This document shows positions 23,146 through 36,116 of a stretch of DNA of 64,000 bases, one piece after another. This DNA comes from Carcharhinus longimanus (taxonomy: Eukaryota). The notes below the pieces were generated by a model. It was given only the letters and a program-made list of their open reading frames with translations, did not search any database and was not told the DNA's origin. Location: NCBI GenBank assembly GCA_030264375.1, contig JASCQW010000027.1, forward strand, positions 100,592,214 to 100,656,213, written 5' to 3'. Positions within the stretch are counted from its first letter, which is position 1. The number at the start of each line of letters is the position of its first letter. The translations under genes and the position numbers were made by a program.

Positions 23146-23420
23146 GTGTCACAAGTAGGTTTACATTAACTCTGCAATGAAGTTACCGTGAAAATCCCCT
23201 AGTTGTCACACTCCAGCACCTGTTTCAGTACACTGAGGGAGAATTTAGCAAGACTAATGCACTTAACCAGCATGTCTTATGGACTGTGGGAGGAAACTGG
23301 AGCTAACTCATGCAGAAATGGGGAGAACGTGCAGACTCCGCACAGACAGTGACCCAAGCCAGGAATTGAACCTGGGTCCCTGGCATTGTGAAGCAGCAGT
23401 GCTAATCACTGTGCTACCCC
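23146..23420 (-). mobile_element. V-SINE with HE1-like head and alternative (non-CR1) tail
   Basis: Antisense GTGTCACAAGTAGG...GCAATGAAGTTAC...CCCTAG...; head GCAGCAGTGCTAATCACTGTGCTACC. Confidence 0.85.
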
Positions 23421-23724
23421 AATATGAACTCAAAGGCATGTTACATGTGATTTTCATTGCATAAAAACCTGATGCATTGGCAGAGTAACACCTTTTTCAT
23501 GAAATTTATTCATTCTTCGTCCCTCTGACCCAAAGGGGGATGATCGATCTAATAATCCTGTAAACTTCTGCAACACATTTTCATGGTCGATATCTTAAAT
23601 TAATAGAAGTGACTGAGAGAAAGCCAAAATGTTTTTTCAACACTGATGGAACAAGTAATTGTGAAGAAAATAGACAGGCCTTCCTGCTTTTCCTCCTATT
23701 AAAGTAATTTTAAAATTAATTTCA

Positions 23725-23870
23725 TCTTGGGGATTAAGCCTGCATTTATTTTCTTCTCTCTTGAGAGAATGGCAGAAGTCCTCCTTCTTGAATTGCTGTA
23801 ATCTGTGCACTGAAGAGATTCCCATTGTGCTGCTTGGTGGAGAATTCAAGGATTTTGATCCGGTGATGGA
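23725..23870 (-). mobile_element. 3' end of L2/CR1-group LINE
   Basis: Minus strand KILEFSTKQHNG and LQQFKKEDFCHSLKRE frames resemble the family end SWNSLP...LQRFKKAAHHHLLKG. Confidence 0.6.
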
Positions 23871-23875
23871 ATTTA

Positions 23876-24216
23876 GGGCGGCACGGTAGCACAGCGGTTA
23901 GCACTGCTGCTTCACAGCTCCAGGGTCCTGGGATCGATTCTCGGCTCGGGTCACTGTCTGTGTGGAGTTTGCACATTCTCCTCATCTCTGCGTAGGTTTC
24001 CTCCTGGTGCTCCGGTTTCCTCCCACAGTCCAAAGATGTGCGGGTTAGGTTTATTGGCCATGCTAGGAAATTGCCCCTTAGTGTCCAGGGATGCGTAGGT
24101 TAGAGGGATTAATGGGCATAATATGTCAGGATATGGGGGTAGGGTCTGGGTGGGATTGTGTTCAGTGCAGACTCGATGGGCCGAAGGGCCTCTTTCTGCA
24201 GTGTAGGGTTCTATGT
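23876..24216 (+). mobile_element. Near full-length HE1-type V-SINE with CR1-like tail
   Basis: GGGCGGCACGGTAGCACAGCGGTTAGCACTGCTGC...GTGTGGAGTTTGCACATTCTC...GTGCAGACTCGATGGGCCGAAGGGCCTC...TTCTATG. Confidence 0.92.
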
Positions 24217-24490
24217 ATTAATCTGGACAAATGCAAGGTGATGCATTTTGGTAGATCCCAGTTCAGGTGGGAACTATAAAATAAATGGCTGAACCATCAA
24301 GAGAATAGAGACAGAGAGATCTGGGGGTTCAGGTCCATAGATCCTTAAAAGTGGCAGCACAGGTGGAAAAGGTGGTGAAGAAAGTGGATGGCATGCTTGT
24401 CTTCATCAAATGGGGCGTTGAGTACAAAAGTTGGCAAATTATGTTACATATGTTATGTGTCCAATTCTGGTCACCAAACTACCAGAAGGC
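24217..24490 (+). mobile_element. CR1 RT fragment
   Basis: NLDKCKVMHFGRS, followed by degenerate DLGVQVHRSLKVAAQVEKVVKK. Confidence 0.85.
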
Positions 24491-26529
24491 CCTTGTGAGG
24501 CTATAGCCTCAGTTGCCCAGTTTTTCTCAGCCCTGGCTGGGTTTCAAGTTGTCCCTGTTCACTCAACAATCTCACTGTCCTGCTGCCTCCCTGGCTATCT
24601 GGCATTCCCAACTTGCTGTTGGCTCATTGCCCAGTCCTCCTCATCCCCGCTGGCCTTGCTGAGTCAACAATTGCCACCACCCTCCTCACATCTCACTTCT
24701 GCTCGACAAAACCTGTCGGAAATATGCCGGCTCACTCATTCACTCCCTGCCTTGCCTGCTGCCTGGCTGGCCTCCTCGTCTCACCCTCAATTTGTTGCTC
24801 ACCGACCCTCTCAGCCTTACCGCTGGCCTGGTTGAGTTATCCCAGTGGTCCCCTCGATGGAGCCTACTCAGCTCTTGCACCCGAGGTAAATCGCTGTTGG
24901 CTCAGGTTTCTCAGGCCTCCTTAGACCCCTGGCTCTGATCAGAAATTGGTGATCTCTTCTTTAAATTAGGTTGTCTGACCACCCCCCTCAGCCTATGCAT
25001 GAGGGTCAAGAGTCACTGCGCTGCTTCCCTCCACAACTGCTCTTGCCCTCTTTGCTTGGCCCTCACAAATTCACAGCCCCCTATTGGCTGAGGTTGCATG
25101 CCTGGCTTTCGGCCCTCTCATCCCTTGTTGGAAAACCTGGGCTGCTGCTGTTTCAGAAATATTTTTTAGAGATTCTCATTACTGCTGCTCTCTCGCCTCC
25201 AAAGTCACCAAACTCTCAGCAATCTTCCATAATGTTTTCCTGCTCGAAGGGATCTCCACCAATCAGAGGTTGATGGTGTTCTGCATTGGACGATTGACCA
25301 CTTAAGGGCTTCAATTGGTTAAGGATGGTAAGGCTTAGCACAAACTTCCCCACAACTTGCTTAGTCAAAAGAATCATTAAGGCAATGGACTTTCCATTCC
25401 CACCCAATCTTGTGGGCACCCCCACCACCCAACCCACTCCCACTCTATCCTTGGAGTTTTGGGTACAATTGTAGTCGCCACAGTACAGCTTTTGAAAGGA
25501 TACAGAAGAGAGCAAGCGGAATGATTGATTAGGTGGAGCGATTGGATTATGAGAAGTGATTATGTAAATAGGGCGGTACTGGAAAGCAGATGACTGATAT
25601 ATGACGTGATTGCCTCTCTTCAGATTCTGAAGACACCATGGTAAACTTTCACTTATTGTAGAACAGTGAAACCAGAGGAATGTACTAGTGGAGGTATATT
25701 CAAGGCTGTGAAATCTGTAGAAACACCAGTTATTGAATGGTTTATCTATGGAACAGACTCCCGAAGGAGACAATGGATGGAGATAGGATTAATTCAATCA
25801 AATACAAAATAGATGAGTTTTAGAAAATAATACTTTGGATAGAGTATGTGTTCAGTTTGCAGCATGACATGAGCATGTGTCAGATGCTTGAGAAGAAGAA
25901 GTGACTTTGGACTTATCCAAAGCTTTTCATTGCAAAGATGTTCCTGTCTTCATGTCTGGACAAATTGATAAGGATTTATTGAATTGATTCAACAGCAACT
26001 CTGTTCTCATTGTCTCATTCAGCTTTGTGGAAAATGAGTCTTTCTCTTTTCTCAGGTAGCATTTCCTTTGATTTTTAGTGTTTATTTGTGGGATGTGGGT
26101 ATTGCTGGTTAGGCCAACATGTATTGTCCATCCCTAGTTGCCCCTCCAGAAGGCAACTGGAGTACCGTGTACAAGCACTATATCAGAGATCTGTCGCTTA
26201 TTTTGAAGTGTCTGGCTGGGATGTAAATTATTTGATTGGCCTTTGCTTTTTTTCTGCCGATGCCTTGTTTTAACGTATCAATCATCTGACATCTGTCCCT
26301 TGTTCGGACTAATTGTTCATGCGTTGTGTCTGCACTTTATACTTTTCCCTTTTCTTTCCTTGTCCAGTGATGGAAAAGCTTAAAAAGCTTTTAAAAAGCT
26401 TGTGATTTTCTTGTTTCTATTAAAGCATAATAACCTATTGGCATGTTGAATTCATGAGTATCGTGAAGGAGTCAATCGTACATTATATTTTAATAGAACA
26501 CCTATATGCTGAGTAGCTATATCAAGAAT

Positions 26530-27030
26530 AGATACTCCTACCTTCCAAATCTCCCGCTGGTTGTTGGGAGGCCTGTAGTACTAACCTATCAAAGTGATTG
26601 CACCCTTCTTATTCCTGAGCTCTACCCATGTGGCCTCATTGGACGAGCCTCCAAGGCATCCTCCCTCAGTGCAGCTGTGACATTCTTTCTAATCAGTAAC
26701 TTCCCCCATATCTTTTACATCCCTCTCTATCACATCTAAATCCTAGAATGTTAAACTGCCAGTCTTGTCCCTCTCTAAACCAAGCCTCTGTAATAGCTAC
26801 AACATTGTAGTTATATGTATTCATCCAAACTCCAAGTTGATCGGTGTTACCTGTCATACTTCAGAACACCAGTCCCACCATGTTCAGTAACCTCTCACTG
26901 TCTATTCTTCCTCTTAGCCATACTGGCCTTAGTCTCTGATTCCCCCTCAATCATTTCACTTAGTGGCTACTGCTCTAGTTCCCACCCGCCTGCTACACTA
27001 GTTTAAACCCTCCCGAGTGACACTGGCAAA
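26530..27030 (-). mobile_element. CR1 ORF1/ORF2 junction and endonuclease fragment
   Basis: Minus strand YNVVAITEAWFREGQDWQFNILG and YYRPPNNQREI motifs; GGGAGGGTTTAAACTAG typical of the CR1 ORF1 end. Confidence 0.75.
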
Positions 27031-30000
27031 CATATTTGCTCTTTGTACTTGAAGTTACGTACTTAGGTATCAGATCCGTGGGGTAATTGATAAGCTGTGA
27101 CTGGAAGATACAATTTTTTTTGTATGACAGTCACGCACACTTTGGGTAACACTGTAAGTCGTTTGTTAGTTTAATGTTCTCTAATATTATTAACTTTGGT
27201 AGCGTTTTCTGCAAAGTATTCATGACAGTAGATCTGGTAAGATGGAAACACAATCATATGGTTTTGGTGGTGGGTTATCACACGAGTTTAATCAGCAACA
27301 TCTGACACAGCATGTGGTTTACTGCATGATTGCGCTGTCATGTTTGGCATGAATGATGAATTGCTGCTCAGCACAGACCTTCAATACTTATATACGTTGT
27401 AGATATTCAACTAAATTGTGTGCTACTGCAACAATTCAGTGAGCCCTCTCTCCATAATTACAAGTTTCCAGGTGCTACCATGCAGTCTTAGTGCTGCAGA
27501 TATTGATCAGCTTCTAAAACTCTGTCTCTTGGGATGTTTAATGCATTCCTTTCAGCTCGTAATTGCTGTCTGATGTGAAGCTAATACAGTAAATAGAGAC
27601 TTAACAAGATCGCTGTTCCAATCAGTTGTACTTTGCTAAAAACGAGCAAACAGCCTTTACTTAAATTTCCTGCTTCATTAAAAAGAAATAGCTGTTGTGA
27701 CTATTTGCTGTTCAATGCTTGTCTTTTGTGCACTAAATAGCATGCGTCCTAAACTTTGTGTGGTGGAAGCGCCGACTCGTTACAAGCTGGAAGTGTGCTG
27801 CCTGCTATTTTGGTGAAAATAAAGCAATTAGCATGCTGGGTCCGTTCCTGACTTGGACAATGTCCTATTTTCATATTCAAATAAGAGTCCTGTATGATTG
27901 ATTCCATCTCCAATATTGATTAGAAAAAGCAGTTCCATGTATCGCCAAACAGACAGATCTTACAAGAGCGCACTGCAGGCAACAACCAGGGTGGAGCTGG
28001 GAGGAGTTAGGAGTGACGCTCCTGACCCCACCCTCACAACATGTATACCAGTGTAGGCCACAGTTCTCTCACCATCCTCCCCAACTCCCCTTCCCAGCCT
28101 TTGCCTTCCTAGATTACCGTCAACTATTACTCTCACTGTCTGCTACTGTGGACCTCGCAACCTATTTGTCTATCATCCAAGCCCAGTTGCCACCCATATC
28201 TAAGTCTCTTTTAAGTAATGACATGAATCTTGTTTTTAGCGTGACAACAGCCTGAACTTTCCTTTCTCTTTTCTCACAAGAGGCTTGGAGATACTGGTTA
28301 TGTTTAATGAGGTGCAGCTTATCGATTGGATGATGACACATTCTAAGGACCAATATCGGGTAGACTTTGAGCAAGCCAATTCAGGCATAATGTGTGTTTC
28401 CTGCACCCTTCATAAAACCAAAAGTAAGCATGCTCAAAGACCAAAACACATTGGAGCTTGATTGAGCCTTTTGCACCCACTTATTCTCATAAGTTAAAAT
28501 TTTCCTTGAGCTGTCATAATTTAAGGAGTTCTGTTGCTCTCAAGAGTCTGGGATTAGCCAGAATGCTGTCCCCATGAACCTGCCACCATGAACGACGAAT
28601 CTGAAATAAAAAGAGGAAATGCTGAGCAGATCTCAGTACTTTCTGTTTCGATTCTGCATCTTATTAATTTTTTTCCACTTTGCGCCCGTGGGCGTACAAA
28701 GTGCTATTTCAGTTGTTGCTGCATCCTTTTGATCCTGTGCCACCACTATCTAAGATGGTAGTAAGTGCATTCGTACACTTTGCAAGTTCTCATTGCCTTT
28801 GAAAATAATTATGTGGAAACCTGATGTTTTCTGTGATGATTGAGCTATTCACATTAGCTACTCTCCAAATTATGAACATGTCAGGACCTTCATTGTGTAG
28901 GTGCTCCCATTTGAAGGCATTTGTACCGTGCTGTTTTATGACATCTTTTTCTGTCTAAGTAATCTTGATATTTTGCCAGCATTTGTTCAGCAACATTCAT
29001 CTAATGCTGCATTGAAATTCCAATATATTCATGGCAGGCACAACGCAAATGTTATTAGTCCTTTAAATCAAAAACACCCCTTTCATTGCAAGACATCTAT
29101 NNNNNNNNNNNNNNNNNNNNNNNNNNNNNNNNNNNNNNNNNNNNNNNNNNNNNNNNNNNNNNNNNNNNNNNNNNNNNNNNNNNNNNNNNNNNNNNNNNNN
29201 NNNNNNNNNNNNNNNNNNNNNNNNNNNNNNNNNNNNNNNNNNNNNNNNNNNNNNNNNNNNNNNNNNNNNNNNNNNNNNNNNNNNNNNNNNNNNNNNNNNN
29301 NNNNNGGGGTAGAGGCGCCAACATTTTTGCATTGGCGCATATCGGGAGGATTTGTAGGTTGATACTCAACCTATTTGGTCACATTATGAATGCAGTCACT
29401 TTGGGTCGCCCTCCTCAAATTATGGAACAACATCCTTACCTTGCCTTCGGATATCTAAATCAGTAACCTGCTCCTGAACATGGCTGGTTGGCTACCCTCT
29501 GCTTACAAGAAAAAGTTCATGGTATCTTGAGTAATGTTGGAAAGAATACCGGATCATTTTGAAATCACTTGAGTCTTCATTGCCTGTGTATTCTGATTTC
29601 CGCACTGCACAGCACTGTTTCTTCTGAAGTTTTGGTGATTAATCAACTCTATAACTGCTTGAGAAGTGTGACGACGAACATCAGAATAGGGATACATTTA
29701 GACGAAGCAAAAGCATTGAGTTCATGAGATGGAGGTATGGCCCAATACTCCTGTAAATTTGATAAAGAATGCTACTGACAAACAGAACATGAGGAGGTCA
29801 GTTGGTAAGAATGTCTCTGTTATGGTCCGGTTTGCTTCAGTAAATATCCCCCAAACATATTAGATATTAAATGGGCCAGTGGTGTAGAAATGCTGGGTTC
29901 CCAAAGGCTGACAACAGAAGACTAGTAAGAAACAACATTTTATTCACAAACTGAACAGCTACCCTATGCTTGTACCCTGCCCACGCTCCAGGGAGAACTT

Positions 30001-30239
30001 GCATGTTCCGATCAAATGAGGCCATTAGTAGCCGTTTCATTACGTAACTGCTACAAGTGGAATTGTCAATTTTCAAAGTGAAATATTGAAGAGTTTTTTT
30101 TTAACAATCACAAAGGGTGTACTTGATATACACATTGCTATCACCTCTGCAGTCAGTTAATTTTGTTGCAAAGAAACCGAACACCAATGCAGAGGTTCAA
30201 GCGCCACCAAAAGAGTTAGAGAGTGATGCTGCTGGGTCA

Positions 30240-30522
30240 ATACGGTGGCACAGTGGTTAGCACTGCTGCCTCACAGCGCCAGGGACCCGGGTTCAATTCC
30301 CAGTTTGGGTCACTGTCTGTGTGGAGTTTGCACGCTCTCCCCGTGTCTGTGTGGGTTTCCTCCGGATGTTCCGGTTTCCTCCCACAGTCTGAAAGATGTG
30401 CTGGTTAGGGTGCATTGACCTGAACAGGTGCTGGAGTGTGGCAACTAGGGGAATTTCATAGTAACTTAATTGCAGTGTTAATGTGAGCCTTACTTGTGAC
30501 TAATAAATAAATAAACTTTAAA
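30240..30522 (+). mobile_element. V-SINE with alternative tail
   Basis: ACGGTGGCACAGTGGTTAGCACTGCTGCCTCACAGCGCCAGGGACCCGGGTTCAATTCC...GTAACTTAATTGCAGTGTTAATGTGAGCCTTACTTGTGACTAATAAATAA. Confidence 0.92.
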
Positions 30523-30704
30523 CTGTTGCTTTTGGAAACAGACTTCTGTCTGTCTTCAAGCTGATGGGGGCAGATCAAAGCATGGAAAGAGTTGGCTTAA
30601 ATGCACAGCTCTTTGACTAGATAAAAGTACCACGATGAGTGGGTCAAAAGTGATGAGAACATGACAGCACAAGAGTGGGCTTTAAGTGCTTGAAATGTGT
30701 GTTT

Positions 30705-30745
30705 TACAGTGTGCACAGTCTACAGTGTGCACAGTCTACAGTGTG
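30705..30745. repeat. 16-bp tandem repeat, about 2.5 copies
   Basis: TACAGTGTGCACAGTC x2 plus TACAGTGTG. Confidence 0.9.
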
Positions 30746-31346
30746 TTTTACCCTGCACATAAAGCTCAATAAGCTTTCTTGCTTCTATAAGCCCTTTGCT
30801 CTGGGGTTTATTTTCTCTCCCACATTTCAGCAATTACTGGACTTCTGCAAAATTGAAAAGAGTGTTCATAAATCCATTAATGATTTTTTAATGAAATGGT
30901 AATAGACTCTGATGATTGTCCAGGTTATTGTTTTCAGATTTCAATATCAGAAATAATAAAGGTACAATCAAGTTGTGCTTCTGCAAATTTGTTTTCCTTT
31001 AGATTGGAAATATACGCTGCAGGTAGTGTCACATCAGAGCTTTACTTAAGATTGGTAACCATATTTGTAACACTTGAAATATTAATGCTCCTGTTTCTCG
31101 GGAACTCCTGTTTTATTAAATAGCAATTGTCACTCAGCTTTCACACCTTTTTAAAGAGTCGGTGGCTGAGACAATCTAGGTAGCCTTCGGGATGTGAAAA
31201 TGGCTGTGGGCTCACCCCGGTGCCAAGATGGGGATACATTAGACATGACTCCCAGACCTGGTTGTGTCTGTGGATTTTGGGTCATGAGGCAGTTTAAAGC
31301 TTATGTGCACAATAAGGGCAGCCACTTGAGTAAATAACTGGAGAAG

Positions 31347-31630
31347 TTAGAACATAGAACGTTACAGTGCAGTACAGGCCCTTCGGCCCTCGATGTTACG
31401 CCGACCAGTGGAACCAATCTAATGACTCTCTAACCTAAACTATTACAATATTATCCATACGCCTACCGACTGACCATTTGAATGCCCTTAAAGTTGGCGA
31501 GTCCACTACTGCCACAGGCAGGGCATTCCACACCCTTACTACCCTCTGAGTAAAGAACCTATCTCTGACATCCGTCCTATATTTATCACCCCTCAATTTA
31601 AAGTTATGTCCCCTCGTGTTAGCCATCACA
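31347..31630 (-). mobile_element. Young CR1 3' end
   Basis: [35 protein letters not shown]; antisense tail AGAACATAGAAC. Confidence 0.92.
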
Positions 31631-32712
31631 GTGGAGCCATATTCCAGTGGAGGTAACATTGAAAAGAGCAAAGAAAAGTCTGTAAATATATTGAAAAAAA
31701 ACACAGGTTTCCCATTTACCCGCAGAGTGAAGTCCAAGTAATCTGCTCTGTGAGAGTTGATTCAGTGACTGTAGTATGTAAAGAGGGCTCGATTCCATTA
31801 TTTTTATTTGAAATTAAAGGCTGCAGGCTGAGATACCCAGCGCTTGGGAAGTTCAGCAGCTAAAGAGAGGTGGAAATTGGCAGCTATAGTGGTGATAGAA
31901 GGTAGTGGGCATTTGGGATAGAAGAGTCGCAACTGAGAAGTGTTTGGAAGTAATGTCTGCACTTTGGGGCAGTGAGAGGTCAGCAGCAGCAATTGAAACT
32001 GGGGGACACTGAAGGCTTCCTTGAAGGGGTTGGGGCATCGGCGAAGCTATCCTGATCCATCGGGAATGAGAAAATACTTATGTAGCTTGTAGACAATTTC
32101 CCTTTCACTGCTGGGTTTCCCAAACCTTGGAAACCTACACAGTTGCAATTTTAAATCTGGCTTCCAATTGCATGCTGTGGAAAATTTAAATATGTTAATG
32201 AAAAGACCCACCTCTCTTCAAGGGGCACGCCAATTTCAGGCACTATAAACTTGGCAACGCGGCTGGTTCAAAGGCGGGGTCATCTTACCTGCAATTCATT
32301 ATTTAATCCCGTCCACCATGTATCTCCTGCCCATCATGTTGGGGGAGAGGTGGGAAGCTGGTGTGGAGGGAAATTTAACATTGAAGCCAAGAAGTTTGAT
32401 TAGTTTTCTGCTGTTTCTAGATATTGGGACCATCAGCCTTTCAGCTCAGATATCAAAACCTGTAGTTACGATTCCACCCTTGTTCTATCCACTGTCTTTT
32501 TCAGTGACATTTGTAGTGTAATGCATTCTGTAATGCTACAGGAATTCGCTGTGGTATCATAATCAAGCTTAGTGTAGAAACAGGAGAGGGGCCAAAAATC
32601 AGATTCTCATTCTTGAAAGTGCCAGCATGTGGAGCCTTTGGAATTCAAGATTTCCACTTTCACTTCTTTGAAAGTGTTCTGCTTGATTTTGCTTGTGAAT
32701 AGTCTTGTTTTC

Positions 32713-33064
32713 TGTCGCAGTTTAGAGGCAACTCAGTGTGACTCCAACAAACAAAGGATTTATGAAACTAGTAAACTATACACAAGATAAAGGTCTGACA
32801 GAATGTATGCATGAGTTAACTCTGTTCTCCTCTCTGGCTCCAACTGAAGGTTCTCCCCATTCTCGGATGTGCACCCTCACTCCCGATTTAATCCAGTTTC
32901 CCGTGCAGTCATTGCATCGGGTCCAAACTGATCACAAAGGCGCAAAGGATTGCCCCTTTAAAAGGGCCAGATTACCACACTCCTTTCATCCCCTCTAACT
33001 CCACCAATGAGCAAAAGTAAAAGTGAAACTTCATTGCACCAAGGCACACGGACATGATATCACA
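32713..33064 (-). mobile_element. Candidate solo LTR
   Basis: TGT...ACA termini, flanks TTTC/TTTG (3/4 TSD-like); TATA-like TTTTAAAA near 32956 and, downstream of it on the minus strand, an ATAAA polyA-like signal near 32760. Confidence 0.4.
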
Positions 33065-34727
33065 TTTGGGACACCATTCACCAAGTCGATTGGTCCAAAG
33101 ACTTCTGAATTCTTGTGGAGCACTGCAACTCTGTAGAAGGTTCTTCAGCAAGCAATGAATTCAGCCTGGCGGTCAAAAAAGACAAACTCATCACCTTAAG
33201 ATTGATGTCTTCCCCTGTAGTTTCATCCCCCATGGCTACAGAAGCTGGAGGTTTCCTCAGCTCCACAAATCCCTGATTCCACAGCATCTTTACGTCTGCC
33301 TTCTCGTTTTAAAATTTTAAACACCTTTCATCAGCTCACTCTTTAATCTTCTATATTCATGGTAATGCGAGCCATGTTTCTGCAAACTGTCCTCATTATT
33401 TAATTATCTAAGTCCTAGTGGATCTCCATTATATCCTCTCTGAGGCAAATATACTCTGGCACTGAATGCAGTTCTCAAAATGGAGTCTGACCCATTCTCT
33501 CTACAACTAAACCAGCTTTACCTGCTCTTTGTATCTCAGCCAGCCCTTGAGATAATGGCGCACGTTCAGTATGACTTTTTGATTGACAGCTTTCCTGTTT
33601 CCATGGATATAATTGCAATCATCATCATCATCTCTCAACTGTCATGTGTAGTTTAGCTGCAGGGAATAATCTGCTCCATTTTGTCATTCTGTTGGGTAAA
33701 AGCCCAAGGGAGAAATGGTAAATGCTGCATGAGTTTTCATTCAGTTGAGGAACCATAGTGAAAGATTAAGTCCTATGTTGCAGAATACAACCAATGTGAG
33801 AAAATTGAGAATGAACTGAAGATGCATCAATAATTTCTTGTCAGGAGGATAGGATTTGAAACACTAGAACTGATGGAAAAAGAAAAGTCTCAGGGAGGTA
33901 ATGAAGACCACTCTTGTGGTCTTGGGAAAGCATAGTCAAGAGTAGTAGATGGAATTCTTGCTTTTGGTACCAGGAGGAGCGTAATTATACAGCTTGTATT
34001 TGGAAATCAAGGCATGAGATGTACATTCAAAAAAAATCAGTGACTACAAGTAGTGTACAGTTTCAGTGTATTGAACACACATTAAATTTAGTCCATTTTG
34101 TGTCGCACTGTTTTTCAGCAAGTTATGTTAATTACTTTAAAAATTACTTTGGCTCATGTTGGGTTTAACAGCTTGCTCTTGCCACTAACTATATAATGTT
34201 GCGAGGACATTGCATTCCATAAAACAGCATGAAAGTGGTGAGTTGGTCTTCCCTCACTTCAGATTTTAATGGCACCCAAAATTTCTGTGAAGTAACACAT
34301 TGACACACTTAAATGACTTGGCTTCAATAGAAATGGATGGAGACGGACTTTGGCTGTTAAAATTTTCTACTTAGCCACTTGCATTTCAGTCAGATTATAT
34401 TTTCCATAAAAGCTTCTGACTGTTGTATATTTGCCCATTTTAAAATAAGACATGGCCACCTTTTATTTTGCACTAAAAATGTAACTCTGGATATTGACAT
34501 GTTTTAATTTCATGCAGAGGGTAATTTGGATTTTATACTTCTCCCTTGCTTCATTTAATTTGCACAGTTTCCCAGAGAACATTTTCTGACAGGTGAATTG
34601 CCAAGAGTACTGTGTTCTGTTCAAGTAGGAATCATACACACACAATGCTGACAGAAGCAAGTTCTCCGCGTGGTTCAGTTTTGCACCACACAGAATGGAT
34701 AACTGTAGAGTGTTTAAGCAAATCCCA

Positions 34728-34793
34728 TTTTGATTTGATCGATTTGATTTGTTATTGTCACATGTATTCATACAAAGTGAAAATTATTGTTTC
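34728..34793 (-). mobile_element. Rex1/Babar-type 3' tail
   Basis: Minus strand ...CATGTGACAATAACAAATCAAATCGATCAAATCAAA, homologous to 49360-49414. Confidence 0.6.
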
Positions 34794-35109
34794 AGAAAAT
34801 CCTATTTGGACAGCAGCTTTCTATTTGATTAATAATGGCGATTGTAGGCTGAATTTTATCATGTGGGGGCGAATGGATGTCGGAACAGGAAAAGAATCTA
34901 AACAGGAAAATTGATAACAAGTCAGGAAGCCAGCTTGTTAATTCCTGCATTCTGTAGCACATTAGATTCTGATTCTTTAGAAAAGGTGAGTTGTCAATTT
35001 CAAGATATTAATTGGTCAAATTGAGCAATACTGACATGGCTTTTGCAACTTAACTATGGATCAATGGGCTTCCAGGAATCTACCACTGAAAGCAAAATGA
35101 AAACACAGC

Positions 35110-35347
35110 CACCAATGCCTCTACTTTCTCAGGAGGCTAGGGAAGTTTGGCATGCCTGCTACAACTCACCAACTCTTACAGATGCACCATAGAAAGCATC
35201 TTTTCCAGATGTATCGCAGCTTGATATGCCTCCTGCTCTGATCAAAGCCATAAGAAACTATAAAGAGTTGTAAGCTTAGCACAGTCCATCACGCAAACCA
35301 GCCTCTCATCCATTGACTCCGCCTGCACTTCCAGGTACCTCGGAAAG
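35110..35347 (+). mobile_element. Rex1/Babar ORF2 C-terminal fragment
   Basis: Translation LYFLRRLGKFGM...YRCTIESI...QSITQTSLSSIDS, typical of Rex1. Confidence 0.85.
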
Positions 35348-35349
35348 AG

Positions 35350-35622
35350 CACCTTAGCCAGGCCTACCCGGCCTTGCCCTATTCCTGTAACTCCATGGAT
35401 TTGTCATGGCTAATCCGCATATCATGCACACCTTTGGACACTAAGGGGAAATTTAGCATGGTCGACCCACCTAATTTGACATCTTTGGAGTGTGGGAGAT
35501 AACCGGAGCACCCGGAGGAAACCCAAGCAGACATGGGGAGAACATGCAAACTCCACACAGTTGCCAGAATTGATCCCTGGTCCCTGGCACTGTGAGGTAG
35601 CAGTGCTAACCACTGTGCCACA
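35350..35622 (-). mobile_element. HE1-type V-SINE
   Basis: Antisense CCGGAGCACCCGGAGGAAACCC...GCAAACTCCACACAG...GCAGTGCTAACCACTGTGCCAC. Confidence 0.9.
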
Positions 35623-35669
35623 ATCCTCCACTCCAGTAACATGGATTGCTACTATTTTATCGATCCATT

Positions 35670-36090
35670 TATGATTCATGGGCATCGCTGGCAAAAACAT
35701 TTATTGCCCATCCCGAATCATCCTTGAAGGCAGTAGTGAGCTACCTTTTTGAACTGTTGCAGTCCATTGCGTAAGTCCACCAGCAGTGCTGTTAAATGGA
35801 TCAGTGGTATGAAAGAACCAAGATACATTTCCAAGTCAGGGTGGTGTGTGACTTGGAGATAATGGTGTTCCGTTGCATCTGCTGCTCTTGTCCTTGTAGG
35901 CAGTGATGTTGTGGGTCTGGACGGTGCTGTTGAAAGAATGTTTTCATTGCGTTACTGCAAGTGCATCTTGTACACGGTATTAACTTCTGTTGCTGTGTGC
36001 CAGTGGTGGAGAGAGTGAACGTTAATGGTGGTAGGTGGGATGCCAATCAAACAGGTTGCTTTGTCTTGAATGTTGTTGGAGCTGCACACC
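35670..36090 (-). mobile_element. 3' end of L2/CR1-group LINE
   Basis: Minus strand IQDKATCLIGIPPTTINVHSLHHWHTATEVNTVYKMHLQ; tail GGGATGGGCAATAAATG. Confidence 0.75.
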
Positions 36091-36116
36091 CCAAGGAGTA
36101 GGGAAAACTGATCGTT

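Noticed and set aside
23876-23950. tRNA-like sequence with A and B boxes
   Set aside because: It is the head of an HE1-type SINE and continues into the V-domain; not a tRNA gene.
24431-25305. Several overlapping 70-134 aa ORFs
   Set aside because: Low-complexity, C/T-rich degenerate sequence open in multiple frames, with no protein motif.
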